A stretch of 63,461 nt of DNA, filler included, from Octopus bimaculoides (GCF_001194135.2; 5 parts of 5 records of this genome joined end to end with filler, not necessarily neighbours in it); one strand, 5' to 3'; shown: positions 23,940 through 37,850, counted from the whole stretch's first letter. Notes: generated from the sequence alone by a model not told the origin. A program made the numbers and translations.

Positions 23940-25600
23940 TCTTGAGAGAGTTCAAGCCGGTTGCTAACAAAGCGGCAAAACATTTTGAGTTAAGAGTATG
24001 TGTGGGAACCTGAATATCTAGAAGAAGATAGATGAGGAATAAATTCGCAAAGTACGTGCAGTGTGAAGTTGGCTGCAAAGTGGTTAGCGGAGGCGGAAGT
24101 TTTCGCCACGAAGATACTGCTCATAGAAATTTCGGTGTCGTGAAGTTACTACATAGCTGCTTCGGAGATTGAGTTTTTGCTAAGTACGAGATGTGAAAGG
24201 ATTTATTGAAAAGAATAGTTTCAGTCACTCACCTAATTTTGACGTGTTAGGAGTGAAGCACACATACTGCCAAAGGGTAGTTGGCATAAGACTGGCGGAG
24301 CTCTGGTCAATCGGTTGACTTGAGGAAGGTACCATAGCATACAGGGCTGAGGGAGCGTTATGTGTTATGTTGATGCATGTTGGGTAATTGCGATGAGGTA
24401 GTTATCGAACGACCCTATAATTGCAGAGACAAATTACAGTAAGGTAAAGATTAAGCCTGGAGTTGAGAAAGATATCAATGGTGTTTGCGGCATCATTGTG
24501 TCGATCTGGGAGGCACACACGAACGTGAGTAGCACTGGGGCTTTGTTAAGCGTCAGCAACTTTTGAGATCTATTATATGTACATTCGCTGTCCTTTGCCA
24601 TTATCGTTGGTGTCCCAACGTGGTTTGAGTTAAGGCTATTGATGCTGTAGCCGTTTCCGTGTGCGCGCTCTCATTTTCTCTGCTGATTGGAGACTATAAG
24701 ACTTTTAGATTAGTGTTGTAATAGAGTGCAGAGGTATTACTGCAGATGTGCCAGCAGGTTTAAAGATAACTGCGTATATAGTAGAGGGTATTCTTTTGGT
24801 TTAGAGTTTTCTACACGTTGTCCTTTAAATATTCAGTTGGTCCTTCATTATTAGTATTCTGGTGGCCTTCTTAGTCTGAAGCGACCAAAAGTATATTTTA
24901 CCACTTGGCATATGCGTATGAAAGACAAAAACCTGGAAAGGTTGAAGAAGATAGTGAGTTGTGAAGGCGAATGAAGTCTTTCTCCGCTGAGATATTGCTC
25001 ACAGAACTATCGCTGGTGTAAAGTAGAAAGCTAGAGATTTCTGCAAAGTTGGCGGATATCCCTTTGGTAAAGGAGCAACAGGACCAGCTATAGTCTTGGA
25101 AGACTTGAACTAAGGTTACTGATACTATAAATATTCCTTCCTTCCTTCCTTCCTTCCGTCCTTCCTTCCTTCCTTCCTTCATTCCTTTCTTTCTTTTTTC
25201 TCCCTCCTCTCTGTTTATATGCAGTTTCTGTTGACTGAGGAGCGATAATGTTTTTAGGATAGTGTTGTAGGAGACCTGAGTGTAGTTGCAGATGTGTCTG
25301 GGCATTTAAAATATAATTGCGTATTTTGGCTAGAGTTTTCTAGGACAACAAACTTTTCTTCAAATGTCCAGTTTGCTATTCATCTCTCAATATTTTGTTT
25401 CGTTGCATAGATGATCTCTGACTTTTGCCCGAGTGCAACCAAAAAAGAAACAAAATAGTCTTTTTTTGAGTTACTTGCTGTCCATTGAGATTTGTTGCAG
25501 AGGGATTTAAGAAATAGACAGGGTAAGTAATGAACTTGATACCGTAAGTTCAGTACTTAAAATACAATAAAGTAATAAATATATAATTAAATCAAGTTAA
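23940..25600 (-). mobile_element. Heavily decayed LINE-like fragment (possible ORF1/APE remains)
   Basis: Only short protein-like runs with many stops; (GGAA)n inserted at ~25135-25190. No diagnostic motif secure. Confidence 0.3.
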
Positions 25601-25739
25601 GTGTTGGTAAATTGATATAGGAATTATAAAGAAATGTTTGTTCACGTTAAAGCAGCTGCAGTAGTACTTATTGACAGCCGAGTGTGTTCCTGTCAGTTTC
25701 TTATTTTACAACAGCAAAAACAACAATAATCGAACAAGT

Positions 25740-25768
25740 AATAATAATACTAACTATAACAACAACAG

Positions 25769-25867
<99 letters not shown>

Positions 25868-25883
25868 CAACAACAGCAACAAC
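25740..25883. repeat. (AAC)n/(AAT)n microsatellite
   Basis: Direct reading. Confidence 0.95.
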
Positions 25884-26880
25884 TCAATAGGCATGATGGA
25901 TCAGCACAATATATTCACTTGGTAATTTGCAAAAACCTGAACCTGCCCCATGAAATTACTGATAAATGGCAAGAAAAACCTCTCAGTGGCAAATACCCGA
26001 AGAGAGCTAATAGTGCCGAGATTGACAAAGCCCTTACCCATCAATGGTCAGTGTCTTCTGGCTTAAAATCAGAAACAGAAGGGTTTACCATAGCATCCCA
26101 AGATCAATGCCTACCTACAAGAAACTACCAGGCCAACATATTAAAGAACGGCAGCTTCCCAACATGTCATGTATGTCAACAACAAAATGAAACCATTGAT
26201 CATGTTATCTCCATGTGCAGTCTTCTTGCGCCTACAGAGTATCTCAACAGGCATGATAGAGCAGCACAGTATATTCACAGGNNNNNNNNNNNNNNNNNNN
26301 NNNNNNNNNNNNNNNNNNNNNNNNNNNNNNNNNNNNNNNNNAGGGTAATTTGCAAAAACCTGGACCTGCCCCATGATAAAAACTGGTGGGAACACAAACC
26401 ACCACCAGTGCTTAAAAATGATCACATCTCACTCCTCTGGAACTTCACCATTCAAACTGACAGAACGACAGCTTCGAATAGGCCAGACATAGTATTGAAA
26501 GACTTCAGACAAAAATCATGCCTCCACATTGATATGACTGTCCCAATCGACATAAATGTATCTGTCAAGACCTACCAAAAACTGAGCAAGTACAACAATC
26601 TTGAAATAGAAATTGGCAAAATGTGGAACCTCAAGACTAAAACAATACCTGTTGTCATAGGTGCCCTAAGAATGATAGCAAAAGGGGATGATTGCTACCT
26701 AGCTCAGATACCAGGAAACCCCAAAATAGTAGAAATTCAAAAGATAGTTCTAATGGGAACTACCCATATCCTACGTAAAATACTGTCTGTGTAATTTCAA
26801 ATTTTAAAACAAACTCATAATTTTTTTATGTTTTCTTAAACACTCTCCAGAACAATACTATGTGCAAAACCAAATATATG
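25884..26880 (+). mobile_element. 5'-truncated R4/Dong-clade retrotransposon (zinc knuckle plus RLE endonuclease)
   Basis: ETEGFTIASQDQCLPTRNY; CHVCQQQNETIDHVISMC (CCHC); RHD; NRPDIVLKD...IDMTVP...KLSKY...IPVVIGAL. Confidence 0.92.
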
Positions 26881-27029
26881 ACACCCTATTAATTAGTTTA
26901 AATATGTCCAAACACATATAAATATTACTTGATGCTATTAAACATTCTAAAATACTGTTAAAGCATTTACAAAGTGAAAATATAGAAGCCCGGACATTAC
27001 TTATGGGATGACCTGATAGTAACTCCTTT

Positions 27030-28760
27030 GACTGTAGACACAAGGCCTGAAATTTTGTGGGAGGGGTTAGCTGATTACTTCGGTGAAATTTGAACTCAGA
27101 GTGCAAATAGACAGAAGAAATACCATAAGTAATATTTTCCGACGTTATAGCGATTCTGCCAATCCACCGCTCTTTTAAATGGTTCCTGATTTCGGCACAA
27201 AACCAGGAGATCTGAGGCAAAAGGATTAGTCAATACCGTCGACCTAAGTGCTTAAACTTTGATTCTTATTTTAACGCCACTAAAAAGGATGAATGCTAAA
27301 GTTGAACTCAATGCTATTTGAAATACGTATGAAAAGTGCCGAAAGAAATACTGGAAAGCGTTTCATCCAATGCCTTACTGATTTTACTACCTCGAGGCTT
27401 TTAATGATGGTTTCTTCTATATGCACAGTCCTGAAAGTCTTTATAGGGAGGGGGATAGTCGATAACATTCACCCCAATGTTCAACTGGTACCTATTTATT
27501 GACCTCGAAAGGATGAAAAGTAAAGGCTACCCCGGCAGAATTTGAACTTAGAATGTAAAACCGGAAGAAGTGCCTGTATGCATTTTGTTCAAAGTTCAAA
27601 TTCTGCCGGGGTAGCCTTTATTTTTCATCCTTTCGAGGTCAATAAATAGGTACCAGTTGAACATTGGGGTGAATGTTATCGACTATCCCCCTCCCTATAA
27701 AGACTTTCAGGACTGTGCATATAGAAGAAACCATCATTAAAAGCCTCGAGGTAGTAAAATCAGTAAGGCATTGGATGAAACGCTTTCCAGTATTTCTTTC
27801 GGCTCTTTTCATACTTATTTCAAATAGCATTGAGTTCAACTTTAGCATTCATCCTTTTTAGTGGCGTTAAAATACGTGCTAACAATACTGTTAGCTCACC
27901 GCCTTCGCCACTTTTGGTAAACCATCCTACTACAGACACAAGGCCTGAAACTTGGGGGAGGGGATAGTTGATTTCATCGACCCCAGTGTTTCACTAGTAC
28001 TTCATTTATCGACCCCGAAAGGATATAGGGTAAAGCTGACCTCGGCGGAATTTGAACTGAGAACGTAAAGACGGGTGACATACCGCTAAGCATTTTGCTC
28101 GGCGTACTAACGATTCTATCAGCTCGCTGCCTTTCTACCACTTTTAATAATAGTTTCCAATTTTGCCACAAGGGCAGCAATTTGTTGGAAGAGGATGAGT
28201 CGATTACATCGACTCTAGTACCCAACTGGTACTTAATTTATCAACCCAAAGTCAACCTCGGCGGAATTTGAACTCAGAACGAAATACCACTAAGCATTTC
28301 GCCCGGCGTGCTAACATTTCTGCCAGCTCGCCGCCTCCCGTCACTTTTAATAATAACAATGATTTGTCATAGACAGAAGAGCCAACATTTCGAGGAGGCG
28401 TATGGATGGCTGAAACGAACCCAGGCTACATCTGATAATTGTTTCATTGGTCTATGAGAGAAGAAAAGTATCGAAGAAAAAACGACTATAGGATTTTAAC
28501 ACGAACGATGCCTCGAATAATTTGGACTAAGTCTCTATCCGTAGTAACTTCCATCACTTCATCTCTTAAAAAAAAGTAAGAACTCTATATTGCACTACAT
28601 TTTGAAACACCTAATCATACCCACATACCTGGTACTTGGTTACTTTATTTTATACTTTATTTTATTGACCCCCAAAAGGATGCAAGAAAAAGTTGATTAC
28701 GGCTGAAATCAAAACCAATGACTGCGAAAGAATTAGTCCGACACCCCAATGATTCTGGTA
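27030..28760 (-). mobile_element. Cluster of at least four SINE family C copies or fragments
   Basis: Recurrent reverse-complemented B box (gaatttgaact.aga) at ~27085, 27540, 28050 and 28265, and the acaaggcctgaaa tail motif. Confidence 0.8.
27267..27874. repeat. Near-perfect 283-bp inverted repeat with 42-bp spacer
   Basis: 27267-27549 vs 27592-27874, about 3 mismatches by eye, no N gap. Confidence 0.95.
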
Positions 28761-29217
28761 TTCTAGTATACATAACCCCTTAACCTAACTAAACATTGTC
28801 GTCAAAACCAATAGTTTATTACACAGCACGTAAAGATCTGAACACCACCACAAAAATTTTGAACGCAGTCCTTTAAATGACTTAAATTATTAAATAAAAA
28901 TTGAATCACTAGAATTTATTAGTAAATTGATATATCAATTATAAGCAAATTTGTTTTAATATAACGTGACGTAATTGGTGAGCCACTTTTTTTCCAGCTG
29001 CACTGCTACCACCACCGCCGCCGTACTTATATTCAAATAAACGTAAAGGCCCTTCACAGAAGTAAATTTTTGTTACCCTAATTAAAACAAATAACAATAA
29101 TACACTTCAAAATACATAACAAAAAAATTATAACCCCTCACAATTAATCAAGATATTCCTAACTTTATAAATTTCATCTCCATTATCTTTATGCTCTCAT
29201 CCTTGCATCTAATAATA

Positions 29218-29248
<31 letters not shown>

Positions 29249-29301
29249 CAATAATAATGATAATACAGTTCTATACCACTACGCCATATGCCCCCCCCCC
29301 C

Positions 29302-29531
29302 GGCCTGTGGCGTAATGGTTAAGAGCGCGGGCTACTAACTTCAAGATTCCGAGTTCGATTCCAAGCAGTGTCATGAATAATAATAATAACGATAATAATA
29401 ATAATGATAGTAATAATAACATCGAAAAATACCTTAGGAATGAGAACCCAGATTCGAAATTTCCCCAAGGCATCTGATGAAAGCTGGAGGGTATATCAAC
29501 CGAAACGTTGTGTTAACAACAAATAAGATGA
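29302..29531 (+). mobile_element. tRNA-headed element: Pol III boxes, (AAT)n, hammerhead-like motif; truncated by gap
   Basis: A box TGGCGTAATGG 29308-29318, B box GTTCGATTCC 29353-29362; CTGATGA 29474-29480 and GAAACGT-T 29502-29509. Confidence 0.65.
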
Positions 29532-30004
29532 NNNNNNNNNNNNNNNNNNNNNNNNNNNNNNNNNNNNNNNNNNNNNNNNNNNNNNNNNNNNNNNNNNNNN
29601 NNNNNNNNNNNNNNNNNNNNNNNNNNNNNNNNNNNNNNNNNNNNNNNNNNNNNNNNNNNNNNNNNNNNNNNNNNNNNNNNNNNNNNNNNNNNNNNNNNNN
29701 NNNNNNNNNNNNNNNNNNNNNNNNNNNNNNNNNNNNNNNNNNNNNNNNNNNNNNNNNNNNNNNNNNNNNNNNNNNNNNNNNNNNNNNNNNNNNNNNNNNN
29801 NNNNNNNNNNNNNNNNNNNNNNNNNNNNNNNNNNTATCTGGAAATACGGGCGCTCCGTTCACCGTCTCTAAACAAACCTTATTCAGGGACCTTTTGAGCG
29901 GGATGGGTTACTCGACCTGAAGGAAATTGTAACTGACGAGTACATTGGGCTTTGTATATTTGTACCCCAGTGTCACTTTGATGGCATGCGCTGCTCTCTC
30001 ACTC

Positions 30005-30060
<56 letters not shown>

Positions 30061-30099
30061 GTTCTTTCGCTATTGGCCACAAAGCCTGAAAAATACTTA

Positions 30100-31070
30100 G
30101 GACAATATAAAGACAAAGACAGTGGGGACATAGATAAACATGTGTAAACAATATAAAAACAGTAACACTCAACATGAAACTTATACTAACAACATCTTTA
30201 AAAGCAGAGAAACGCCACCCTGGGGCAACTAAGGAACCACACAGATTCGAGCCACCCTACTCACTGGGAGTACTATAGCAAGTGCTATTCTCTTCTCTGT
30301 ACTCCTCAGGTAATAGACGCTAGCTTACAGTAGGCCCACTTGGACCGTACTCACCATATCAACCCACCTTTCAATAAATTTACAGCTCATCTCTTTCCAC
30401 TCACACTTTCCTTTTGAAATGGAATCTTAAAAAGCCGATGAGAGCTTGGCACAAGAGGAAAGTATCTTCTTTCGCCAAAAGCACTAGAAAGAGGGAAATT
30501 GCTAGCCCTTCCCGACCACGTGAAAGTGGCGAGACGATCTTCACTATGGTATTGGTCAATAAGTGGATCCGTTTTACGCGTGAGAGCAGCAGTTCGACAT
30601 GAAAGTCAGCAATGCTCGAGCACCTTACGAGCGACTGCAAGATAGTCTCCTTGCTCTGGTGCATCTCCAAGTGACTCGACTAATGGCACTACTATACCAG
30701 TACACTTTATCTTGAATAGTCAATAGTCCTCGGTAGCTCTGCCTTGTTAGAGATTTCTGGAAATTATCTGAGGGCTCCGGAGCAAAAGTCCTCCGGAAAA
30801 GACCAGCCAGTTGATTTTCAGCGACATCTAGATTTTTCCCGAAGACCTAGTCAATTTATCCACCATAATCTTCTATAGAACGCTATGGTGAAACTAACTG
30901 CATTGCTCGACTCGCAGAGGGGTGTGAGCACCTGATGACACTAAAAATGCCAGGTTCTCTGCATCTGTGTACGCCTGATACAAGGTTGCAGCTCTGTCAA
31001 ATGGACGAGTTTCAGAAAAGCGCGTCTAACAAACGGTGACCACATCTGCTTAGCGTTGAGAAAAAGCTGG
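30100..31070 (-). mobile_element. Degraded L1/Tx1-clade ORF2 C-terminal fragment
   Basis: LFRRTFAPEPSDNFQKSL...LTIQDKVY..., zinc-knuckle remnant ETILQSLVRC, and FLRFHFKRKV; frameshifted. Confidence 0.7.
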
Positions 31071-33099
31071 AAATGTCTTAGACCCAGCGCATATCTGTGC
31101 ATCACTAGCCTCATCATGTATGTATGTATATATATATACAAATAGTAAATGAGTATATGCATATATACGTACAGGTATGTGCATACCGACATCCACCTGT
31201 ATGTATAGGTGCATATCTGGGTACAGGACATTGCAAACAAAACGTAGACGAGAAAACACACAAGCCACATAGAAAACATTCTACTCCATCAGCTACCCCC
31301 GTTTTAACACCGGCGTTTCGAAGAGCTGGGCAGGACGCATCGTTAAAACGGCTCTTCCCATGGACCGCAACTTAAATTTGTATACACAAATTAAATCTTG
31401 CCATGGAGGAATGTAGTGGCGGACAAAAAACAAGACAGGAAAACAAACAGAAAAGGCTTNNNNNNNNNNNNNNNNNNNNNNNNNNNNNNNNNNNNNNNNN
31501 NNNNNNNNNNNNNNNNNNNNNNNNNNNNNNNNNNNNNNNNNNNNNNNNNNNNNNNNNNNNNNNNNNNNNNNNNNNNNNNNNNNNNNNNNNNNNNNNNNNN
31601 NNNNNNNNNNNNNNNNNNNNNNNNNNNNNNNNNNNNNNNNNNNNNNNNNNNNNNNNNNNNNNNNNNNNNNNNNNNNNNNNNNNNNNNNNNNNNNNNNNNN
31701 NNNNNNNNNNNNNNNNNNNNNNNNNNNNNNNNNNNNNNNNNNNNNNNNNNNNNNNNNNNNNNNNNNNNNNNNNNNNNNNNNNNNNNNNNNNNNNNNNNNN
31801 NNNNNNNNNNNNNNNNNNNNNNNNNNNNNNNNNNNNNNNNNNNNNNNNNNNNNNNNNNNNNNNNNNNNNNNNNNNNNNNNNNNNNNNNNNNNNNNNNNNN
31901 NNNNNNNNNNNNNNNNNNNNNNNNNNNNNNNNNNNNNNNNNNNNNNNNNNNNNNNNNNNNNNNNNNNNNNNNNNNNNNNNNNNNNNNNNNNNNNNNNNNN
32001 NNNNNNNNNNNNNNNNNNNNNNNNNNNNNNNNNNNNNNNNNNNNNNNNNNNNNNNNNNNNNNNNNNNNNNNNNNNNNNNNNNNNNNNNNNNNNNNNNNNN
32101 NNNNNNNNNNNNNNNNNNNNNNNNNNNNNNNNNNNNNNNNNNNNNNNNNNNNNNNNNNNNNNNNNNNNNNNNNNNNNNNNNNNNNNNNNNNNNNNNNNNN
32201 NNNNNNNNNNNNNNNNNNNNNNNNNNNNNNNNNNNNNNNNNNNNNNNNNNNNNNNNNNNNNNNNNNNNNNNNNNNNNNNNNNNNNNNNNNNNNNNNNNNN
32301 NNNNNNNNNNNNNNNNNNNNNNNNNNNNNNNNNNNNNNNNNNNNNNNNNNNNNNNNNNNNNNNNNNNNNNNNNNNNNNNNNNNNNNNNNNATTTTGTTCG
32401 CCTTTGCGTTTTGAGTTCAAATTCTGCCGGGGTCGACTTTGCGTTTCATCCTCTTGGGTTCGATAAAATAAAAAGATGTAATCGACTTGTCCCTTCCCAC
32501 TCAAATTTCTATCCCTGTGCCTATAATAGAAATGATTAATCTTGTAGCTGTTGTTTTGGTTTAGCTCTAAGCAAATCATGATTGAAGGTTCCATGCAATG
32601 TGTATACTCCCTTTTCAAAACGATGAAATGTAGTTTGACAGAGATTTTACTGAAGTTTCCATCAGGTCTCACGACCATATGGGAGCTCCTTGGTTGGCTC
32701 GTGGTTTTGTTTTACGAGTTGAAGGCATGTGTACATATACTAGCGTAAGTTGAATGCTGTCAAGCAGCTACATAGACTCCTGCATATATCTGTACGTATA
32801 TGTGTATATATGGCTATGTGTAGATACGATTACACACACACACACACACACATGAATGTAAGTGTGTGTGTGTGTGTGTGTGCGTGCGCGTATGTTTGTG
32901 TGTACATATATGCGTGCATGTGTGTGTATGTTTATAGACATGTGGTTTCATACAAACTCAAAAAGCATGAGGGTCACTCTTGAATGGGGAAAGAGAACAC
33001 ATTCCCGCATGCAATGCACGCATACAGGAATACGTCATTGTTACATCACGTACACGCCATTTATTCATATATGTATGGACATGTATATATGCATACATG

Positions 33100-33131
<32 letters not shown>

Positions 33132-34130
33132 AACACACATATATACATACATATATATGTATATATATGTATGNNNNNNNNNNNNNNNNNNNNNNNNNNN
33201 NNNNNNNNNNNNNNNNNTTAATTAATTAANNNNNNNNNNNNNNNNNNNNNNNNNNNNNNNNNNNNNNNNNNNNACTTCTTTTCATGTTTCTTCCGGTCTT
33301 TCCATGCATTGAATTCATTACACAGCTGATAGCAGTGTATTTTATGACTATGGCCTTATCTGCTGATAGCCTCAAAAATAATATCCTTCCAGATAAACTT
33401 GTGTTAATAGTCCCAAAGACAGAAACCAAATGGTCTCCATAATACAACCACAATTTCTAATGCTATGTCAAATGGCTGATTCACAGTTTATGCCAAGACA
33501 TATTTTCCAAGTCACTATAGATTCATCTTATCCGCAAAACACTTTCACATTTTGTTGTGTCTGGGGAAAGTCATTCTTATTACTGATTTGATTTCCACTC
33601 ATTTACTTATTTATTTTTTCTAAAATTTTCATTACATATTGCAATCTTTTCAATAGTTGTTGACTATCCGTTATCAGAGCTGCGTTCATTTTGTGTGCTT
33701 GTTTGTGTGCATGTGTATACACATATGTATGTATGTCTGTATGCATGTATATATGCATGTATGTATGCCTGTATGTGTATGCATATATCTATGTATGCAT
33801 GTGTACGTTTGTATGTATGTATGCATTCTGCATATTCATGTTTGTGCGTGTGTGTATTTTTGTGTTTCCCTCTGTCTCCTTGTGTGTGTCTATGTGTATG
33901 GGTTTGTGTGACTATGTATGTGCATCTGTTATGTATGGATGTGTGTCTCCATATGTGTCCTTGTATGTGTGTGTGTGTGTGTGTGTGAAGTGTGCATGTA
34001 TGTCTTTGGTCATGTGTTTCAGTCTGCATTTATGTATGTGTGCATGAGCTTGTCTGTCCATATTACCTATGTACCCATCTATCTGTTTACTTACATATCC
34101 ATTTATCTACACACACATATATATATATAT

Positions 34131-36510
34131 ATCATCATCATCATCATTTAACGTCCGCTTTCCATGCTAGCATGGGTTGGACGATTTGACTGGGGACTGG
34201 CGAACCAGATGGCTACACCAGACTCCAATCTGATTTGGCAGAATTTCTACAGCTGGATGCCCTTCTAACGCCAACCACTCCAAAAGTGTAGTGGGTGCTT
34301 TTTATGTGCCACCAGCACGAGGACCAGTCCGGCAGTACTGGCAACGGCCACGCCCAAATGGTGTTTTTTACGTGCCACCTACACGAGTGCCACTAAGGTG
34401 AAGCTGGAAACGATCATGCTCAAATGGTGCATTTTACGTGCCACCGTCACAGAAGTGAGACCACTGCTCTGGCAGTGATCCCGCTTGGATGGTGCTGTTA
34501 GCACTCCACTGGCACAGGTGCCAGTCATCAGATCGATCTCACTTGCCCCAACAGGTCTTCGCAAGCTGAGTTTAGTGTCCAATGAAGGAAGGTTGGCATG
34601 GGTACCAGTCAACAAATTTAGTTCAATTTTCGATTTCGATTTCACTTGCCTCAACAGGTCTTCATAAGCAGGGTTTTGTGTCCAAAGAAGGAAAAGTATG
34701 CATAAGTGGGCTGGCAACACCCCTGGTAAAGGCCACAGGTTATGGTCTCACTTGTCTTGCTGGGTCTTCTCACACGCAGCATATTTCCAAAGGTCTCGGT
34801 CACAAGTCATTGCCTCGGTGAGGCTTAATGTTCCAAAGTTGTGCTTCACCACCCCATCCCAGGTCTTTCTGGGTCTACCTCTTCCACAGGTACTCTCAAC
34901 CGCAAGGCTGTGGCACTTTTTCACACAGCTATCCTCATCCATTCTCGTCAAATGACCATACCAGCACAATCGTCTCTCTTGCACACCACAACTGATGCTT
35001 CTTAGGTCCAACTTTTCTCTCAAGGTANNNNNNNNNNCTGATGCTTCTTAGGTCCAACTTTTCTCTCAAGGTACTTATACCCTATTGAGTATGCACACTG
35101 ACATTACACATCCATCGGAGCATACTGGCTTCATTCTTTGTGAGCTTACGCATGTCCTCAGCAGTCACGGTCCATGCTTCACTGCCATGTAGCATGGCTG
35201 TACGTACATATGCGTCATAGTCTGCTTTTTACTCTGAGCGAGAGGCCCTTTGTCACCAGCAGAGGTAAGAGCTCTCTAAACTTTGCCCAGGCTATTCTTA
35301 TTCTAGCAGCTACACTTTCAGCCCCCCCCCCCCACTACTAACTTGGTCACCCAGATATCGGAAACTATCAACCATGTCCAGTTTATCTCCCTGGAATGTG
35401 ACAGAAGTTGTTCTTTGCACATTTCCAGTGTTTATTGCTCCTGAGCATCTGCCACATACAAAATCTATCTTGCTGGTTAGTCTTCCTTTGATATTGCTAC
35501 ACCTCTTATGTGTCCATAGCTTACACTGGGTACATCTTATAGAGTTTCTACCTATACCTTTTCTACAGATCGAGCAGAGCCATCTACCTGAAGGGGTTTG
35601 TGGTTTGTCTACCTTCCTACTTATTAGGATTTTGGTTTTAGCTAGGTTGACTCTAACCTCCTTCGATTCTAATCCTTGCTTCCACACCTGAAACTTCTCC
35701 TCTAGTTCTGATACTGACTCAGCAATTAGAGCAAGGTCATCAGCATAGAGGAGCTTACAGGGGCATCCTGTCTTGAATTCCTGTGTTATTGCCTGGAGGA
35801 CTATGATAAATAGGAGTGGGGGGGGGCTAAGGACTGAACCTTGGTGGACCCCTACCTCTACCCAGAATTCTTCACTGTACTCGTTGCCAACCCTCACCTT
35901 ACTGACAGCATCTCTGTACATGGCTCACACAGCTCTCACTAACCATTCATCTATCCCTAGTTTCCTCATTGACCACCAGATAAGGGATCGGAGGACCCTG
36001 TCAAAGGCTTTCTCCATGTCAACAAAAGCCAGGTACAGAGGTTTATCTTTCGCTAGGTTCTGCAGCTGTCTTACCAGAAATATAGTATCAGTGGTGCTTT
36101 TTCCTGGCACGAATCCAAACTGCATCTTGTCTAAACTGACTCTCTCCCTAATTAGTTGGGCTATGACCCTCTCCATTACCTTCATTACTTGGTCCAACAA
36201 CTTGATACCTCTGTAATTGTTTGTGTCTAAAGTGTCACCTTTACCTTTGTAGCAGTTAACTATAGTGCTGCTACACCAGTCATTGGGTATGACTCCTTCG
36301 TGCATCACCTGGTTAACTATATGGGTGACTAGGCTATAGCCAACACTGCCAGATATTTTGAGCATCTCTGCAGTGATTCCTGATGAGCCGGGGGCCTTCC
36401 CTGTCTTCATACTCTTGATTACTTTATCTACCAAGGTACTGTCAATTAGGATAGCGGGCCCCTCTGTTGGGTTGACATTCAGCAGACTCTCTTCCTCCCA
36501 TTCATTCTCN
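34131..36510 (-). mobile_element. RTE-clade LINE, RT plus 3' UTR, 5' end lost in gap
   Basis: NYRGIKLL, QFGFVPGKSTTD, AFVDMEKAFDRV (35925-36434); GVHQGSVLSP, LLYADDL, SFRYLG (35310-35921); GRGRPRKTW (34748-35023); (GAT)n tail. Confidence 0.95.
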
Positions 36511-36699
36511 NNNNNNNNNNNNNNNNNNNNNNNNNNNNNNNNNNNNNNNNNNNNNNNNNNNNNNNNNNNNNNNNNNNNNNNNNNNNNNNNNNNNNNNNNN
36601 NNNNNNNNNACTTAAATAAATCTAATCCTTATTCAATTAATATTATTTAATTAGCCCATGTGGTATTTAATTATTTAATTAGCCCATGTGATATTCTCA

Positions 36700-37850
36700 A
36701 AGGGGTATGTCCTACATAGTTGCAATTTGATGGAGCTCCTTGGCTTTTCAACGATGTTAATGCTGAGTTTGGCCTCCTTCAGAGCTTTCCTAAATCTTCG
36801 GGCTAGTTCTCCATGGGCTGTGGCCTCTACAAACATCATTCCTTGATATTTGTCGGTCTTGTATCATGTGTTCACCCTGTTTGCTTTGTCACAAACTCTT
36901 TGTATCCTATTCCAGTCTTTACTTCTATATCTACGGAAGGTACCACTAGTTTCATTACATATAATGCTGACTTCTTTCTAGCTCCCTTGTATACCCGAAC
37001 CTTATCTTTCTGGTCATATCCAGAGAATTGCATGCAATGCATGAAGTTCTGTATATGTTTCTTTGTTTCATAGGGTTTGCATAGTGGGGACATGTTTATT
37101 ATCCTAAGTCTACTATCAGTATGTTGATTTTCATGTTTGTGACAAAGCTATGGGTTTCGTGTAATAGGAGTGGAGGAGCTGCACACTGTTGTTCATAGTC
37201 TCTAACCAAAATTCAATATCAAGGACAGGGGGTCTATTGTTAGGGTGCCTATTGGAGTAATTTGTAGTTACCATGATACTTTGGTGGATGGAGTTAGCTA
37301 TGTGCTGGATGTTCTCCATTACATTCCTCTCAGTTTCTATATTACAGTTGCTAGAGTTTGTCCTAACTAGAATATTAATGTCATCTACACACCTACAGCA
37401 AAGCAAAACAGTTGTCAATTGTTTTTCAAAGAATTGTTTAAGCTTTCTGTCCCACCAGGTCATAAAGACACTGGCCACATCTCCAGCCACACTGACACAC
37501 AGACATCTGGAAGCATTTCAATGAGTGGTCATAATACCTGAGAGGAAGTAGGATAGCCTATAATTGCTGGAGATATTCGCTCCGCAAACTGGTCAGGTTG
37601 GGGGCCCCATAATAGGGTATATGGTCCTTACGTAATCTGTATATCATAGGAACATTGTTGTTGAATGTTTGGAAATTTTGTGCAGTCTGTTTCTTGGGTT
37701 AGTATGTTGCACCACATTCCCACATGTGAATGTTCCTGTGGTGCAATTTCTCTTATGCTACTGATGTGCTTTTGCATAGTCTGGACATAGTTCTGTGGGC
37801 TGTCTATTGACAGTCTGCCAGATTTGTCTGTAGGGAAGCACACTAATTCC
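36700..37850 (-). mobile_element. Degraded Penelope-like element RT fragment
   Basis: AGDVASVFMTWWD...RCVDD...PVLDIEFW...YYTKP and MQFSGYD motifs. Confidence 0.75.

Noticed and set aside
30100-31070. Link between the Tx1-like fragment and the U2 copy (Keno-like targeting)
   Set aside because: They are 19 kb apart, and no U2 sequence flanks the Tx1 fragment.
31293-32678. Long ORFs made mainly of X (also 50393-51485, 52225-53424, 62096-63340)
   Set aside because: They span N gaps and carry no coding evidence.
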